A stretch of 64,000 bases of DNA, taken from IMG/VR virus record IMGVR_UViG_3300048574_000421; one strand, 5' to 3'. The stretch comes from a virus (taxonomy: Duplodnaviria; Heunggongvirae; Uroviricota; Caudoviricetes). The position numbers were made by a program, and so were the translations under genes. The notes beneath the pieces are model-generated. The model searched no databases. It saw only the letters and a list, made by a program, of their open reading frames with translations, and had not been told where the DNA came from. Below are positions 20,308 through 28,484 of the stretch, piece by piece. Each line of letters starts with the position of its first letter. Position 1 is the stretch's first letter.

Positions 20308-20430
20308 ACCTCCTTAAAAAAAAGATATAAAGTATAGAAAAATCTAGCCACTGATAGACAAAATTTTGCATTGTGTTTATTATTGTCTTAATTTAAAATT
20401 AATTGATATTAGATTTCATAAAGAGATAAA

Positions 20431-20712
20431 ATGACACAGATTAATAATGTAAAAGATATCAGTGTTTCTTCATTTAAAACATCTTGCTGCTTCACAGGCG
20501 CGCTCCTTGACGATTCTCTAGAGCAAAAGCTAATACCAATAAAAAAACGTTTAGTAAAACGAGCTTTACGTCAATATAAAACAATTTCAGCATGTACACC
20601 AATTTGCTTTCAAGTTTATGAACAAAAACTTTTGTTCTGGTTCAATAGCAACGAAACCACAAAAACTCTTTCTCAATCAATTAACGAATCTATCGCTATT
20701 TCGACTTATTAA
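20431..20712 (+). CDS. hypothetical protein
   Basis: ORF track, divergent cluster. Confidence 0.45.
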   Translation: MTQINNVKDISVSSFKTSCCFTGALLDDSLEQKLIPIKKRLVKRALRQYKTISACTPICFQVYEQKLLFWFNSNETTKTLSQSINESIAISTY

Positions 20713-20750
20713 AAATAGAAACTTGATTAAAAAAGTTTTAAAATTAAAAC

Positions 20751-21503
20751 ATGAAATGTACATCATGTAATTGGATAGGAAGTAGAGGCGAATTAGTCAT
20801 AGATAGACGTCTTGGTCAAAACTGTTTAGACGAGAATTTCTTTAAACTTACAAACTGGAACTGTTGTCCAAGATGTAATCGGACTTTAATAGTAAAAGAT
20901 TCACATAATGAAATAAGTTTAGCTTTCAACAATTCTGTGTTTTGTATTGACTCTCCCTTACACAATAAACCAACTCATATTCATTTATGCAGGATTTTAG
21001 ATTTTTCTGTCTCACCTTTTGGTATTTCGTTTTTAGGTTATAAAACACCTGCACATTTAGCACAAACTTTTAAACTAACTGTACTTTTAAACGGATTCGA
21101 AGATCATAAATTTGAATCTTTAATAATTTTAAAAATGCTTTATGAAGCTCATAAAAATAAATATCGTTGTGTAAGCAAAGACTATAATGGCTATAAATTG
21201 TTTGGAAATGAAGGAGGCATACCTTCAGGCATATATCCTTTTATAAAGTGCTCCTTTTGTGCAAGATACTATGAATACACAACAAATCAAAAAAATGGTT
21301 GGCCCTTATCTATTGCTGAAATAGAAAAAATCAAAACAAATAAAGTACGAAAACTTTTAGACTCTGTATCTCCTCGAAGTAATAACAAGTTTTCAATGTT
21401 GTTTGGTTCTAAAGAAATTGAAGAAGAACAAACAATTTGTTGTTGTAATGAAATCTCTAACACATTAGATTGTGCATTTCACAAACCTACAAAGTTACAA
21501 TAA
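20751..21503 (+). CDS. hypothetical Cys-rich protein
   Basis: 250-aa ORF with several CxxC. Confidence 0.5.
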   Translation: MKCTSCNWIGSRGELVIDRRLGQNCLDENFFKLTNWNCCPRCNRTLIVKDSHNEISLAFNNSVFCIDSPLHNKPTHIHLCRILDFSVSPFGISFLGYKTPAHLAQTFKLTVLLNGFEDHKFESLIILKMLYEAHKNKYRCVSKDYNGYKLFGNEGGIPSGIYPFIKCSFCARYYEYTTNQKNGWPLSIAEIEKIKTNKVRKLLDSVSPRSNNKFSMLFGSKEIEEEQTICCCNEISNTLDCAFHKPTKLQ

Positions 21504-21804
21504 AATGTCATCTACAATGTTATTTAAAAATATGAAGATAGGTCAATTATTCTATTGCTTTGGCGATGAAGTTCTAAATTATAACTATCCTAAAATTTGT
21601 TTGATGATCAAGCGCGATGAAAAAAGTGCTACAGAATTAGATGATCATTGGGAAAATCAATGTTTTGGTTGTTCTACATTAATGGATGAAAATGAAAAAT
21701 GTGATGTTTTTGATGAGAAAGATATTGAGAATATTGAAGAACATGATCTTATTAAGAAAAATATAGCTTCTTTGTATGCTAGATATCTAAAATTCAAAAC
21801 TTAA
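21472..21804 (+). CDS. hypothetical protein
   Basis: ORF track; true start probably a downstream ATG. Confidence 0.4.
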   Translation: MHFTNLQSYNKMSSTMLFKNMKIGQLFYCFGDEVLNYNYPKICLMIKRDEKSATELDDHWENQCFGCSTLMDENEKCDVFDEKDIENIEEHDLIKKNIASLYARYLKFKT

Positions 21805-21835
21805 CTATGATAACGAATTTTCTATCATAGTTAAG
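21800..21835. terminator. hairpin between convergent genes
   Basis: CTTAACTATGATA/TATCATAGTTAAG 13-bp inverted repeat. Confidence 0.6.
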
Positions 21836-21843
21836 CAATTGAA

Positions 21844-22725
21844 TCAGTACAAATTATTTTTCAAAGCATACTCATAAACATTCATATCCATATACTTCCT
21901 TATTTCAACATATTGTTCTTCAGTAAGTTTATGTTCTCTTACAAGATCGCGTAAATAGGTGGAAGAAATACACACAGGAGGATCATCAGGATCAAGGTAT
22001 CTATGAGGAGCTTGTAAACACCAGTCAGCTTTAAATTCTACAGCTTGACGCTTTACTACAACAAAAGGCACCATTTTTAGCAAATCTTCATAGTTTGACC
22101 ATTGCTCTATAGTATTTGCATTATCAAGACCAATAATCAAACTAAAAGAGTATTTATCTTTGAATTCTGCATCATTCATCAGTTTTTTCATAAAATGATA
22201 CGTTTCGCCTTGAAACTCATTTTTTATTTCATAATCAAAGATCTTAATGCGTGCATCAGCTTTTGCAGCAATCCTACACATCTCTAAACGATGCTGCGCA
22301 TCAGTAAGTTTTTTGCCATATAAATGCTGAAAACAAGGAGTAATCCATACTTCATCATAATCGCTGCTATGATTCAAAACAATTTTAGAAACACTAATAT
22401 GACCATTATGGATCATATCAAATGCTCCTCCATATATTGCAACTCTACGTTTTCTTCCAAGTGTATGGTATTGCTTTTTCCGTCTATTTATTTTTATTAG
22501 GGTCTCTTGAACGACTTCTTCTACAGTCCATCCATTTTCAGAACATGATTGAATCGCAGAACATAAAAGATCGCCTGTCTCTTCTTTCAAACCTCTGATA
22601 TCGACGCTTCTTGTAAGCTCAATGGCTTCATTAAGAATATCAGCATGTCTTTCACGTAATGAACTGTGTCCAAAAGCATCTACGAAAACATCGTTCACAC
22701 TCTTTTGAAGATCATTAGTATCCAT
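21844..22725 (-). CDS. nadD: MazG-like domain fused to nicotinate/nicotinamide mononucleotide adenylyltransferase
   Basis: N-term 'EAIEL...KEETGDLL' (MazG ExxE...EExGD); C-term 'YGGAFDMIHNGH', 'IIGLDN...W', 'ISSTYLR'. Confidence 0.8.
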   Translation of the reverse strand: MDTNDLQKSVNDVFVDAFGHSSLRERHADILNEAIELTRSVDIRGLKEETGDLLCSAIQSCSENGWTVEEVVQETLIKINRRKKQYHTLGRKRRVAIYGGAFDMIHNGHISVSKIVLNHSSDYDEVWITPCFQHLYGKKLTDAQHRLEMCRIAAKADARIKIFDYEIKNEFQGETYHFMKKLMNDAEFKDKYSFSLIIGLDNANTIEQWSNYEDLLKMVPFVVVKRQAVEFKADWCLQAPHRYLDPDDPPVCISSTYLRDLVREHKLTEEQYVEIRKYMDMNVYEYALKNNLY

Positions 22726-22734
22726 TTTACTTCC

Positions 22735-23163
22735 TTAGAGATTATGTTTAGAATTAACTAGACTGTCAAAGAATGAATTTAAGATAGACCAATCAGTTTC
22801 AGGCTCAAAACCCGCACGATCATCAAACAAAACATTAAAATAAAACTTCTTTGAAAAATCTCCAGTCTTATTACTTTTACACTCGGGATTTGCATTCAAA
22901 TGCTTAAAAACAATATCGTTTTGCAAACACCATGCAAAAAAAGGTGCAAGATCTTTTTCATAAGATGAAGTAAAAAGAATTAATGTAATATCTGGAATTT
23001 TTGAAAGCTTTTGCAAAACTTCTTTCGCAAAAGGGTAAACTTTAATCTCATTGCCTGTGTATCTTTCAATAACAGTTCCATGAAGATCGACAGCAAAATA
23101 AAGCATTTCCCAGTTTCGCTGTTTCTTTTCTTCGTACGCTGTCAAAACAGATTTTAATATCAT
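22735..23163 (-). CDS. HAD-superfamily-like protein
   Basis: 'AVDLHGTV...LILFTS...NANPE...KFYFNVLFDDRAGF'. Confidence 0.65.
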   Translation of the reverse strand: MILKSVLTAYEEKKQRNWEMLYFAVDLHGTVIERYTGNEIKVYPFAKEVLQKLSKIPDITLILFTSSYEKDLAPFFAWCLQNDIVFKHLNANPECKSNKTGDFSKKFYFNVLFDDRAGFEPETDWSILNSFFDSLVNSKHNL

Positions 23164-23170
23164 AACTTAC

Positions 23171-23584
23171 CTACGATTTTGTTGGCCAAACGTATTCTAA
23201 ATCTATAGACTCTGTCCAACCAAACTGCTTATAATAATCAAACTTCTTTCTTAGCAAATTACTACGATGAGAAGCATGAAAATTATCATCACCTAACCAT
23301 GATGGATAAATAACGCTCTCAACTTCATTAATTGCCATAGTATTATTGTATCCTCGTTCAATCCATTCTTGGATACAAACATTCATATACTCTTTTAGTG
23401 CTGCTTCGTAAGTCTCCCATTGAAGCACAACAGGATGATTCACCCAACCTCTTTTAATGTTTTGTTTTCTAGCTTCAAGAGCAATTAAAATTTGCTTACA
23501 TTCTACTCTTTGTTTACCTAAACGTCTATAATCTAAACATTTTGCTGATTTAACAAAATCAGAATAAGGTAAGAAAGTTTGCAT
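23171..23584 (-). CDS. pyrimidine-dimer DNA glycosylase-like (MSMEG_6728-type) protein
   Basis: 'MQTFLPY..F..SAKCLDYRRLGKQRVE...GW.NHP...W...HASHRSNLLRK...Y.WP'. Confidence 0.8.
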   Translation of the reverse strand: MQTFLPYSDFVKSAKCLDYRRLGKQRVECKQILIALEARKQNIKRGWVNHPVVLQWETYEAALKEYMNVCIQEWIERGYNNTMAINEVESVIYPSWLGDDNFHASHRSNLLRKKFDYYKQFGWTESIDLEYVWPTKS

Positions 23585-23657
23585 ATCTTAGTTTCTAAAG
23601 AAAAAACAAAACAAGCTAGACACAAAACATTGACATTTTTTCAAAACTAGTTTTTAG

Positions 23658-23909
23658 TTAACGTCTTGGAGAGTTTTCTCTTTCTCTAGCAGGAGTCACA
23701 GTGATGCTACGACCATTCATAGAAGTATTATTAGCAGACAATGCACTATCTGAATTAGCCATCTCAACAAAACCAAAACCGCGTGATCTTCCAGTGTCTC
23801 TGTCTTGAATAATTCTCACTGAAGCAACAGGGCCATACTTCTCAAAAAATGCTTTCAGTTCGTCTTCAGAAGTTTGAAACGGAAGATTACCTACATAAAG
23901 TTTACCCAC
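23658..23909 (-). CDS. RRM RNA-binding protein
   Basis: RNP2 'LYVGNL', RNP1 'RGFGFVEM'. Confidence 0.9.
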   Translation of the reverse strand: MGKLYVGNLPFQTSEDELKAFFEKYGPVASVRIIQDRDTGRSRGFGFVEMANSDSALSANNTSMNGRSITVTPARERENSPRR

Positions 23910-24043
23910 AAGAAACCTCCATATAAAAAAATAAAAACTCCAAACAATAGGAGTCGAGTTTTGTAATTATATATCTGCGCACGTGTTGTTTGATTTTTTT
24001 TATTGATGAAGCATACAATAATACTTGTATCGTCTTAAAAAAA

Positions 24044-24117
24044 TACCCTGGGAGAGAATTGAACTCCCAACAGCAAAATTAGAAATTTTGTACTCTATCC
24101 ATTTGAGTTACCAGGGC
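24044..24117 (-). tRNA. tRNA-Arg(UCU)
   Basis: GCCCTGG acceptor, CAAAA-TTTCTAA-TTTTG anticodon arm, GGGAG-TTCAATT-CTCTC T arm; no CCA. Confidence 0.9.
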
Positions 24118-24165
24118 AAGATATTGAATTATATTATTGTCTCTGCATTATTGTCACAATATGTA

Positions 24166-25215
24166 TCATGTAATTTCTTTGATAACTTTATGCTTATTAC
24201 TCCACAAACTATTCTGTTTCAAGACTGTAACAATTACTCTTTCATAAACATTACATCTTTTAGCAAGTTCTTCAATCGAGATAAAATATTTATGAAATTC
24301 TTTAATTATTTTATTTATTATTTGTTTGTTTCTTATTTTTGAACATGCTAAAGTGTGTCTTTTAAATGTCGATTCATTATGTAAAACTTTTCCACAAACA
24401 CAAGTCTTTCTAGTTATACATTCGTTTGGAAAATGCTTATTAAAAAATCTCTTGACAAAATGTTTTGTTTTCTTCCATTTTTTTGATAGTTTTAAACTAA
24501 TATTATCGCTACCTAAAAATAAACTTGCATCATTTAAGTATTTGTCTAATTTACTCTTAACTTTGCTTTCTTTAAATTTCAATTCTTTTAACTTTTTTTC
24601 TTGTTCAACTTTAAGACGTCTACATTGATACAAAGTATAATCTTCAACACAAATTTCAGTTTGTTTTGTATTAGACAAAATTTTTAAAATTTGTTTTATT
24701 CTTGTTTTAGGTGTTTTAATAAAATCTTTCCAAACTATACGTAATACTTTTACACCTTGTTTATTTATATACAAATCTTTTTTTGTATCGAAATTTTTTC
24801 TTTTTTCATGTTGTTTCCCATCAATTTCAACAGCTAGTTTTAATTTAAAAAAATAAAAATCAACACGATAAAAACTAAAAGGAAATTCTCTAAAAAAATC
24901 TTTATCTTTTTCATAACCATTATTAATTAAAATTTTTTCAAAAAACTCTTCAGCATAAGAAAATCTATTCCAACCCTTTGATCTTCCTATCATTATCTCA
25001 GATTGTGTTCTTTGAATGTCTTTAAGAATTTCATCAAGTTTTGCTTTTGTACACCATTTTTCTTTGTAAAGTTGTTTTTTTGTTGCTCCCTCAAGATATC
25101 TTTTTCTTACTTCATTTATTTTTATTTGCTCAATACAAGCTTTAAAATGTCTAGAATAACTTGATATGCGAATTTCTTTACCACATTTTTCACAATTTTT
25201 ATAATTCATAAGCAT
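24166..25215 (-). CDS. DUF559/Vsr-like free-standing endonuclease 1
   Basis: 'SYAEEFF...FREF...YRVDF...LAVEIDGKQH...D..KD......G.KVLRI.W'; N- and C-terminal Zn-finger-like motifs. Confidence 0.8.
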   Translation of the reverse strand: MLMNYKNCEKCGKEIRISSYSRHFKACIEQIKINEVRKRYLEGATKKQLYKEKWCTKAKLDEILKDIQRTQSEIMIGRSKGWNRFSYAEEFFEKILINNGYEKDKDFFREFPFSFYRVDFYFFKLKLAVEIDGKQHEKRKNFDTKKDLYINKQGVKVLRIVWKDFIKTPKTRIKQILKILSNTKQTEICVEDYTLYQCRRLKVEQEKKLKELKFKESKVKSKLDKYLNDASLFLGSDNISLKLSKKWKKTKHFVKRFFNKHFPNECITRKTCVCGKVLHNESTFKRHTLACSKIRNKQIINKIIKEFHKYFISIEELAKRCNVYERVIVTVLKQNSLWSNKHKVIKEIT

Positions 25216-25226
25216 CTTATTAAAAA

Positions 25227-25298
25227 TACTCCTGCCAGGAATTGAACCTGAATCTTGCGATTCGTAATCGCGTACTTTATCCTTTAAGCTACAGGAGC
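25227..25298 (-). tRNA. tRNA-Arg(ACG)
   Basis: GCTCCTG/CAGGAGT acceptor; loop TTACGAA; TCAGG-TTCAATT-CCTGG. Confidence 0.9.
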
Positions 25299-25303
25299 GA
25301 AAA

Positions 25304-25375
25304 AGCGGTAGAGCAGATTCGAACTGCTGACATCTTCTTTGGCAAAGAAGGATTCTACCTCTGAACTACTACCGC
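25304..25375 (-). tRNA. tRNA-Gly(GCC)
   Basis: GCGGTAG/CTACCGC, U73; CTTCT-TTGCCAA-AGAAG. Confidence 0.92.
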
Positions 25376-25674
25376 ATAACTTGTCGTTTTTCGTTTGCTA
25401 ATTTATTTACATACAAATCAACTGCATTGTGACCCAAAATTCTTTTTGATTCGAATTCATCATAATTTTGATCTGCAACTTCTATTAACCACGGATACGT
25501 TTTAATAATTTTCATTAAAATTAACAACTCAGGACTTGGATCTTCAGTACTTAATGAACCCATTTGAAGATCAAGTGCTCTTTCAACACTCGCTTGTGTA
25601 TATCCGTAATTTGCATTCAATTCAACTAAAAATTCTTCTATAAATGTCATATAAACTTTCATAAAAATAAGCAA
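25369..25674 (-). CDS. hypothetical protein between the two tRNA-Gly genes
   Basis: 101-aa ORF; its TAG stop lies inside the tRNA-Gly(GCC) acceptor strand. Confidence 0.5.
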   Translation of the reverse strand: MLIFMKVYMTFIEEFLVELNANYGYTQASVERALDLQMGSLSTEDPSPELLILMKIIKTYPWLIEVADQNYDEFESKRILGHNAVDLYVNKLANEKRQVMR

Positions 25675-25740
25675 CCGATCAGATTTGAACTGATGACTTC
25701 GCTTTGGAAGAGCAAGATGTTTCCACTACAACACGGTTGC
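25670..25740 (-). tRNA. tRNA-Gly(UCC)
   Basis: GCAACCG/CGGTTGC, U73; TTGCT-CTTCCAA-AGCGA; ATCAG-TTCAAAT-CTGAT. Confidence 0.88.
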
Positions 25741-26620
25741 AATAATATTCTTTCCAATCTAAACCTTGATATTTTTTACTTCCTGTTCTTTTTTTAATAT
25801 ATGTTTGTTTATCAATATCAGGGAAGTTTAAACGTAAAAATTTTCTGATACTAGTTCCAGATATTCCTAATTTATTTTTTGCTTCTTTAAGCCATCCTCG
25901 TTTAGACATATCAATAGTTTTAAGAATTTCTAATTTGTTTTTAATTTCTTCTTGTCTTTTATCTTCTTTTTGTTTTTTCTTAAAATTTTCTCGTTTAATT
26001 ATTTCATCTAACAAGTTTAATGTCTTCAATTGTGTTTTTGTCAACTTATTTATTTCTATTTCTTGTTCTTTTTCGTTTTTTAAAACTCTTAAAGTTTCTT
26101 CTAATATTTGTTTTGTATTATTGAATAACACTTTAAAAGAAATTCTTAACACCTTATAACCTAAAGATTTTAATAATTCGTCCTTAGATTTATCTGAAAT
26201 TTGTCTATTTTTATATTTATAATGTTGTTGTCCATCTATCTCAATTGCAAGTTTTAATTTTAAGAAAAAGAAATCAATTCTATATTTTGAAACTTGAAAC
26301 TCTCTAACATAATCAATATTTGTTTCAAACCCGTTATTTATCAAAAAATTTTCAAAAAACTCTTCTGCATAAGAACGATTTTTCCAGCCTTTACCTTTTG
26401 ACAATTTCATTGCTTCACTTGCTGTTCTAAATTTACCTTTTAATGCGTAACTTACAAGACTATAAGTGAAACCTTTTTCTACTATTTCTCTACTGCACAA
26501 GCCTTGGTCATAAAATAAACATATTTGTTCGCGCTCGTTTTGTGTTATGCACACATGATTTGAAAAACTTTGCTTTATAATAGTACGTAAACAACGAGAA
26601 CATGTTTGTGTTTTTGACAT
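25679..26620 (-). CDS. DUF559/Vsr-like free-standing endonuclease 2
   Basis: 'SYAEEFF...VREF...YRIDF...LAIEIDGQQH...D..KD..L..LGYKVLRI'; C-terminus translates through tRNA-Gly(UCC). Confidence 0.8.
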   Translation of the reverse strand: MSKTQTCSRCLRTIIKQSFSNHVCITQNEREQICLFYDQGLCSREIVEKGFTYSLVSYALKGKFRTASEAMKLSKGKGWKNRSYAEEFFENFLINNGFETNIDYVREFQVSKYRIDFFFLKLKLAIEIDGQQHYKYKNRQISDKSKDELLKSLGYKVLRISFKVLFNNTKQILEETLRVLKNEKEQEIEINKLTKTQLKTLNLLDEIIKRENFKKKQKEDKRQEEIKNKLEILKTIDMSKRGWLKEAKNKLGISGTSIRKFLRLNFPDIDKQTYIKKRTGSKKYQGLDWKEYYCNRVVVETSCSSKAKSSVQI

Positions 26621-26640
26621 AAATTACCAAATCAAAAAAA

Positions 26641-26730
26641 TGGCTGACAGGGAGGGACTTGAACCCCCACAGAGTTTCACCTCGTACGCCACATTAACAG
26701 TGTGGTCACTTGCCATTAGTGTACCTGTCA
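26641..26730 (-). tRNA. tRNA-Asn(GUU) with long variable arm, CCA encoded
   Basis: TGACAGG/CCTGTCA-G-CCA; CCACA-CTGTTAA-TGTGG; 20-nt variable region. Confidence 0.85.
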
Positions 26731-26747
26731 GTAAAAGAATATTTAAA

Positions 26748-26819
26748 CGGAACATAGGGGAATTGAACCCCTGTCGTCAGATTGACAGTCTGGCATCCTA
26801 ACCACTAGACGAATGCTCC
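26748..26819 (-). tRNA. tRNA-Asp(GUC)
   Basis: GGAGCAT/ATGTTCC-G; loop CTGTCAA. Confidence 0.92.
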
Positions 26820-26827
26820 ATATTTTT

Positions 26828-26900
26828 CAGATAGAAAGGGATTTGAACCCCTAATCAACTGGTTAACAGCCAGTCCGCTTGCCAATTTGCGTACCTATCT
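26828..26900 (-). tRNA. tRNA-Asn(GUU)
   Basis: AGATAGG/TCTATCT-G; ACTGG-CTGTTAA-CCAGT. Confidence 0.88.
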
Positions 26901-26918
26901 ATAATTCAAAGAACTAAA

Positions 26919-26991
26919 TGGAGCCAGAGAGGCTTGAACTCTCAACCCCTGGCTTGCAAAGCCAGTGCTCTTCCAATTGAGCTATGGTCCC
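26919..26991 (-). tRNA. tRNA-Ala(UGC)
   Basis: GGG.../...TCC-A with G3:U70; CTGGC-TTTGCAA-GCCAG. Confidence 0.92.
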
Positions 26992-27001
26992 AAAATTTTT
27001 T

Positions 27002-27259
27002 CTAATCTAATTCTGAAAAACTATCGTTATGTTTTCTTTCTTGCAAAGATAAACCATAAACTTTTCTTTGATTACCGCACATAATACAAGAACAAAGTTT
27101 AGTTGTATTTCGTCTTTTTCTTGACGCCATCAACAAACGTTCTTCTCTTTCTTTCGGATCTTTTTCAAAATAAAATCCATTCCAATAACGATAACCTCGT
27201 TTTTTGCCTTTGGTATCTCCAACGACAAAACGTTCTAACCGATTTCTCGGATGTGACAT
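27002..27259 (-). CDS. small basic protein with CSCxxC motif
   Basis: TAAGGAG RBS; 'TTKLCSCIMCGNQRK'. Confidence 0.6.
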   Translation of the reverse strand: MSHPRNRLERFVVGDTKGKKRGYRYWNGFYFEKDPKEREERLLMASRKRRNTTKLCSCIMCGNQRKVYGLSLQERKHNDSFSELD

Positions 27260-27291
27260 AATGACTCCTTACTGCATCCTCTGGTGGGATG

Positions 27292-27309
27292 CTATTGTTT
27301 GGATGCCAT
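27292..27309 (-). CDS. minigene MASKQ*
   Basis: AAGGAGG RBS, ATG GCA TCC AAA CAA TAG, then hairpin GCATCC/GGATGC before the next RBS. Confidence 0.4.
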   Translation of the reverse strand: MASKQ

Positions 27310-27332
27310 TATATCCTCCTTTGTTAAATTAA

Positions 27333-27414
27333 TAGGAACGGCGGGATTTGAACCCACATTTACAACATACCAGTTACGATTATCCACCTTATAAGAGTGG
27401 CTCGGTACATTCCT
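27333..27414 (-). tRNA. non-canonical tRNA-Ile(UAU)-like RNA (relocated D-arm)
   Basis: AGGAATG/CGTTCCT-A acceptor; CCACT-CTTATAA-GGTGG; GTGGG-TTCAAAT-CCCGC; D-loop-like AACTGGT lies after the anticodon arm. Confidence 0.7.
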
Positions 27415-27420
27415 GTAAAA

Positions 27421-27497
27421 TCTTCTCGATTGGAGTTGAACCAATATGTCACCAATTACCCTTTCTACACCGTATCAGAGTGAGGGGATACGAGAAG
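27421..27497 (-). tRNA. non-canonical tRNA-Ile(GAU)-like RNA (relocated D-arm)
   Basis: CTTCTCG/CGAGAAG-A; CACT-CTGATAC-GGTG; ATTGG-TTCAACT-CCAAT; D-loop-like AATTGGT lies after the anticodon arm. Confidence 0.7.
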
Positions 27498-28484
27498 TTG
27501 TTTGCTATAATAAGTTTTCCAGTCGCAATTTTGATATTTCTTAACACTTGTTCTTGGTTTGAAATATGTTTGTTTGTCAATTTCAGGAAAATTCAATCGT
27601 AAAAACCTTCTTATATAAGTACGCGATACTTTAAGTTTTTTTGATAAACTAGTTATCCAACCCCTTTTAGTAATATCTGAATTTTCTAAAATCATTTGGA
27701 GTTTCTTTTTTATTGTTTCTTCTTTTAGTTTTTTAATTATTTGTTTTTCTTTTAACTTCTGTTCTTGATCTTGTTTTTCTTTAATTTTTTTGAATTTATA
27801 ATATTCAATTACACATTCAGAAAAATTATATAATTTAGGTTGTAAATCAAAACTATCAAGATATTCTAAAAATTGTTTTTCAATTTGTTCAAATTCATTT
27901 TTTAATTTAAACCCAGGAATTCTAAAAACTTTCCAACCTAATTTTATCAGTTTTTCATTTCTTTTGATATCAATTTGTTTTTGACGCTCACAAAAAATGT
28001 GTTGTGAACCATCAATTTCTACATCAAGTTTTATATTTAAGAATGCAAAATCTAAATAATAAGGAAAAATGCTATATTCTCTTATTATATCGAATTTTTC
28101 AGAAAGACTGTTTCTTTCAATGATATCTGAAAATATCTTTTCAATATAAGTTTGTTTATTTCTTCGCCATTCGTTTGTACGTTGCATTGACATATATTTT
28201 TTTCTGCCATCACGTATTCTTTGTCTTGTTTGTTCTGAAACTTTTCTTGAGTTCTTATGATAAAAAATCTTCATTTGTTGTGATAAACTTCTCTTATTGT
28301 TTTTTATCAAGTACTCTACTGTAGATTTATTGTAGCCCATCTTAATTATTTTACCTGCACTCAATAAATCTTCATAGTATAATTTTAAAATTTCTTTATT
28401 TTCTTGCTCATTGCATTTTTTAATATGATGTGCATAGTTAGATTTTGTTTTAAAAACTTTTCCACAAATTTTGCAATTCCACAT
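27465..28484 (-). CDS. DUF559/Vsr-like free-standing endonuclease 3
   Basis: N-term C2H2-like 'CKICGKVF...HH..KC'; 'REY...YYLDFAF...LDVEIDGSQH...D..RN..L..LGWKVFRI'; ATG at 28484 with AAGGAG RBS; C-terminus reads into the Ile(GAU)-like RNA. Confidence 0.8.
   Translation of the reverse strand: MWNCKICGKVFKTKSNYAHHIKKCNEQENKEILKLYYEDLLSAGKIIKMGYNKSTVEYLIKNNKRSLSQQMKIFYHKNSRKVSEQTRQRIRDGRKKYMSMQRTNEWRRNKQTYIEKIFSDIIERNSLSEKFDIIREYSIFPYYLDFAFLNIKLDVEIDGSQHIFCERQKQIDIKRNEKLIKLGWKVFRIPGFKLKNEFEQIEKQFLEYLDSFDLQPKLYNFSECVIEYYKFKKIKEKQDQEQKLKEKQIIKKLKEETIKKKLQMILENSDITKRGWITSLSKKLKVSRTYIRRFLRLNFPEIDKQTYFKPRTSVKKYQNCDWKTYYSKQLLVSPHSDTV

Noticed and set aside
27348-27602. Plus-strand ORF over the Ile-like RNAs, and other antisense ORFs (e.g. 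435..662, 24025..24342, 42642..43076, 58542..58877)
   Set aside because: These are shadow frames opposite well-supported genes or tRNAs, with no RBS or motifs.
24166-28484. Group I introns in tRNAs carrying the endonucleases
   Set aside because: The flanking tRNAs are contiguous and there is no space for ribozyme cores; the ORFs are free-standing.
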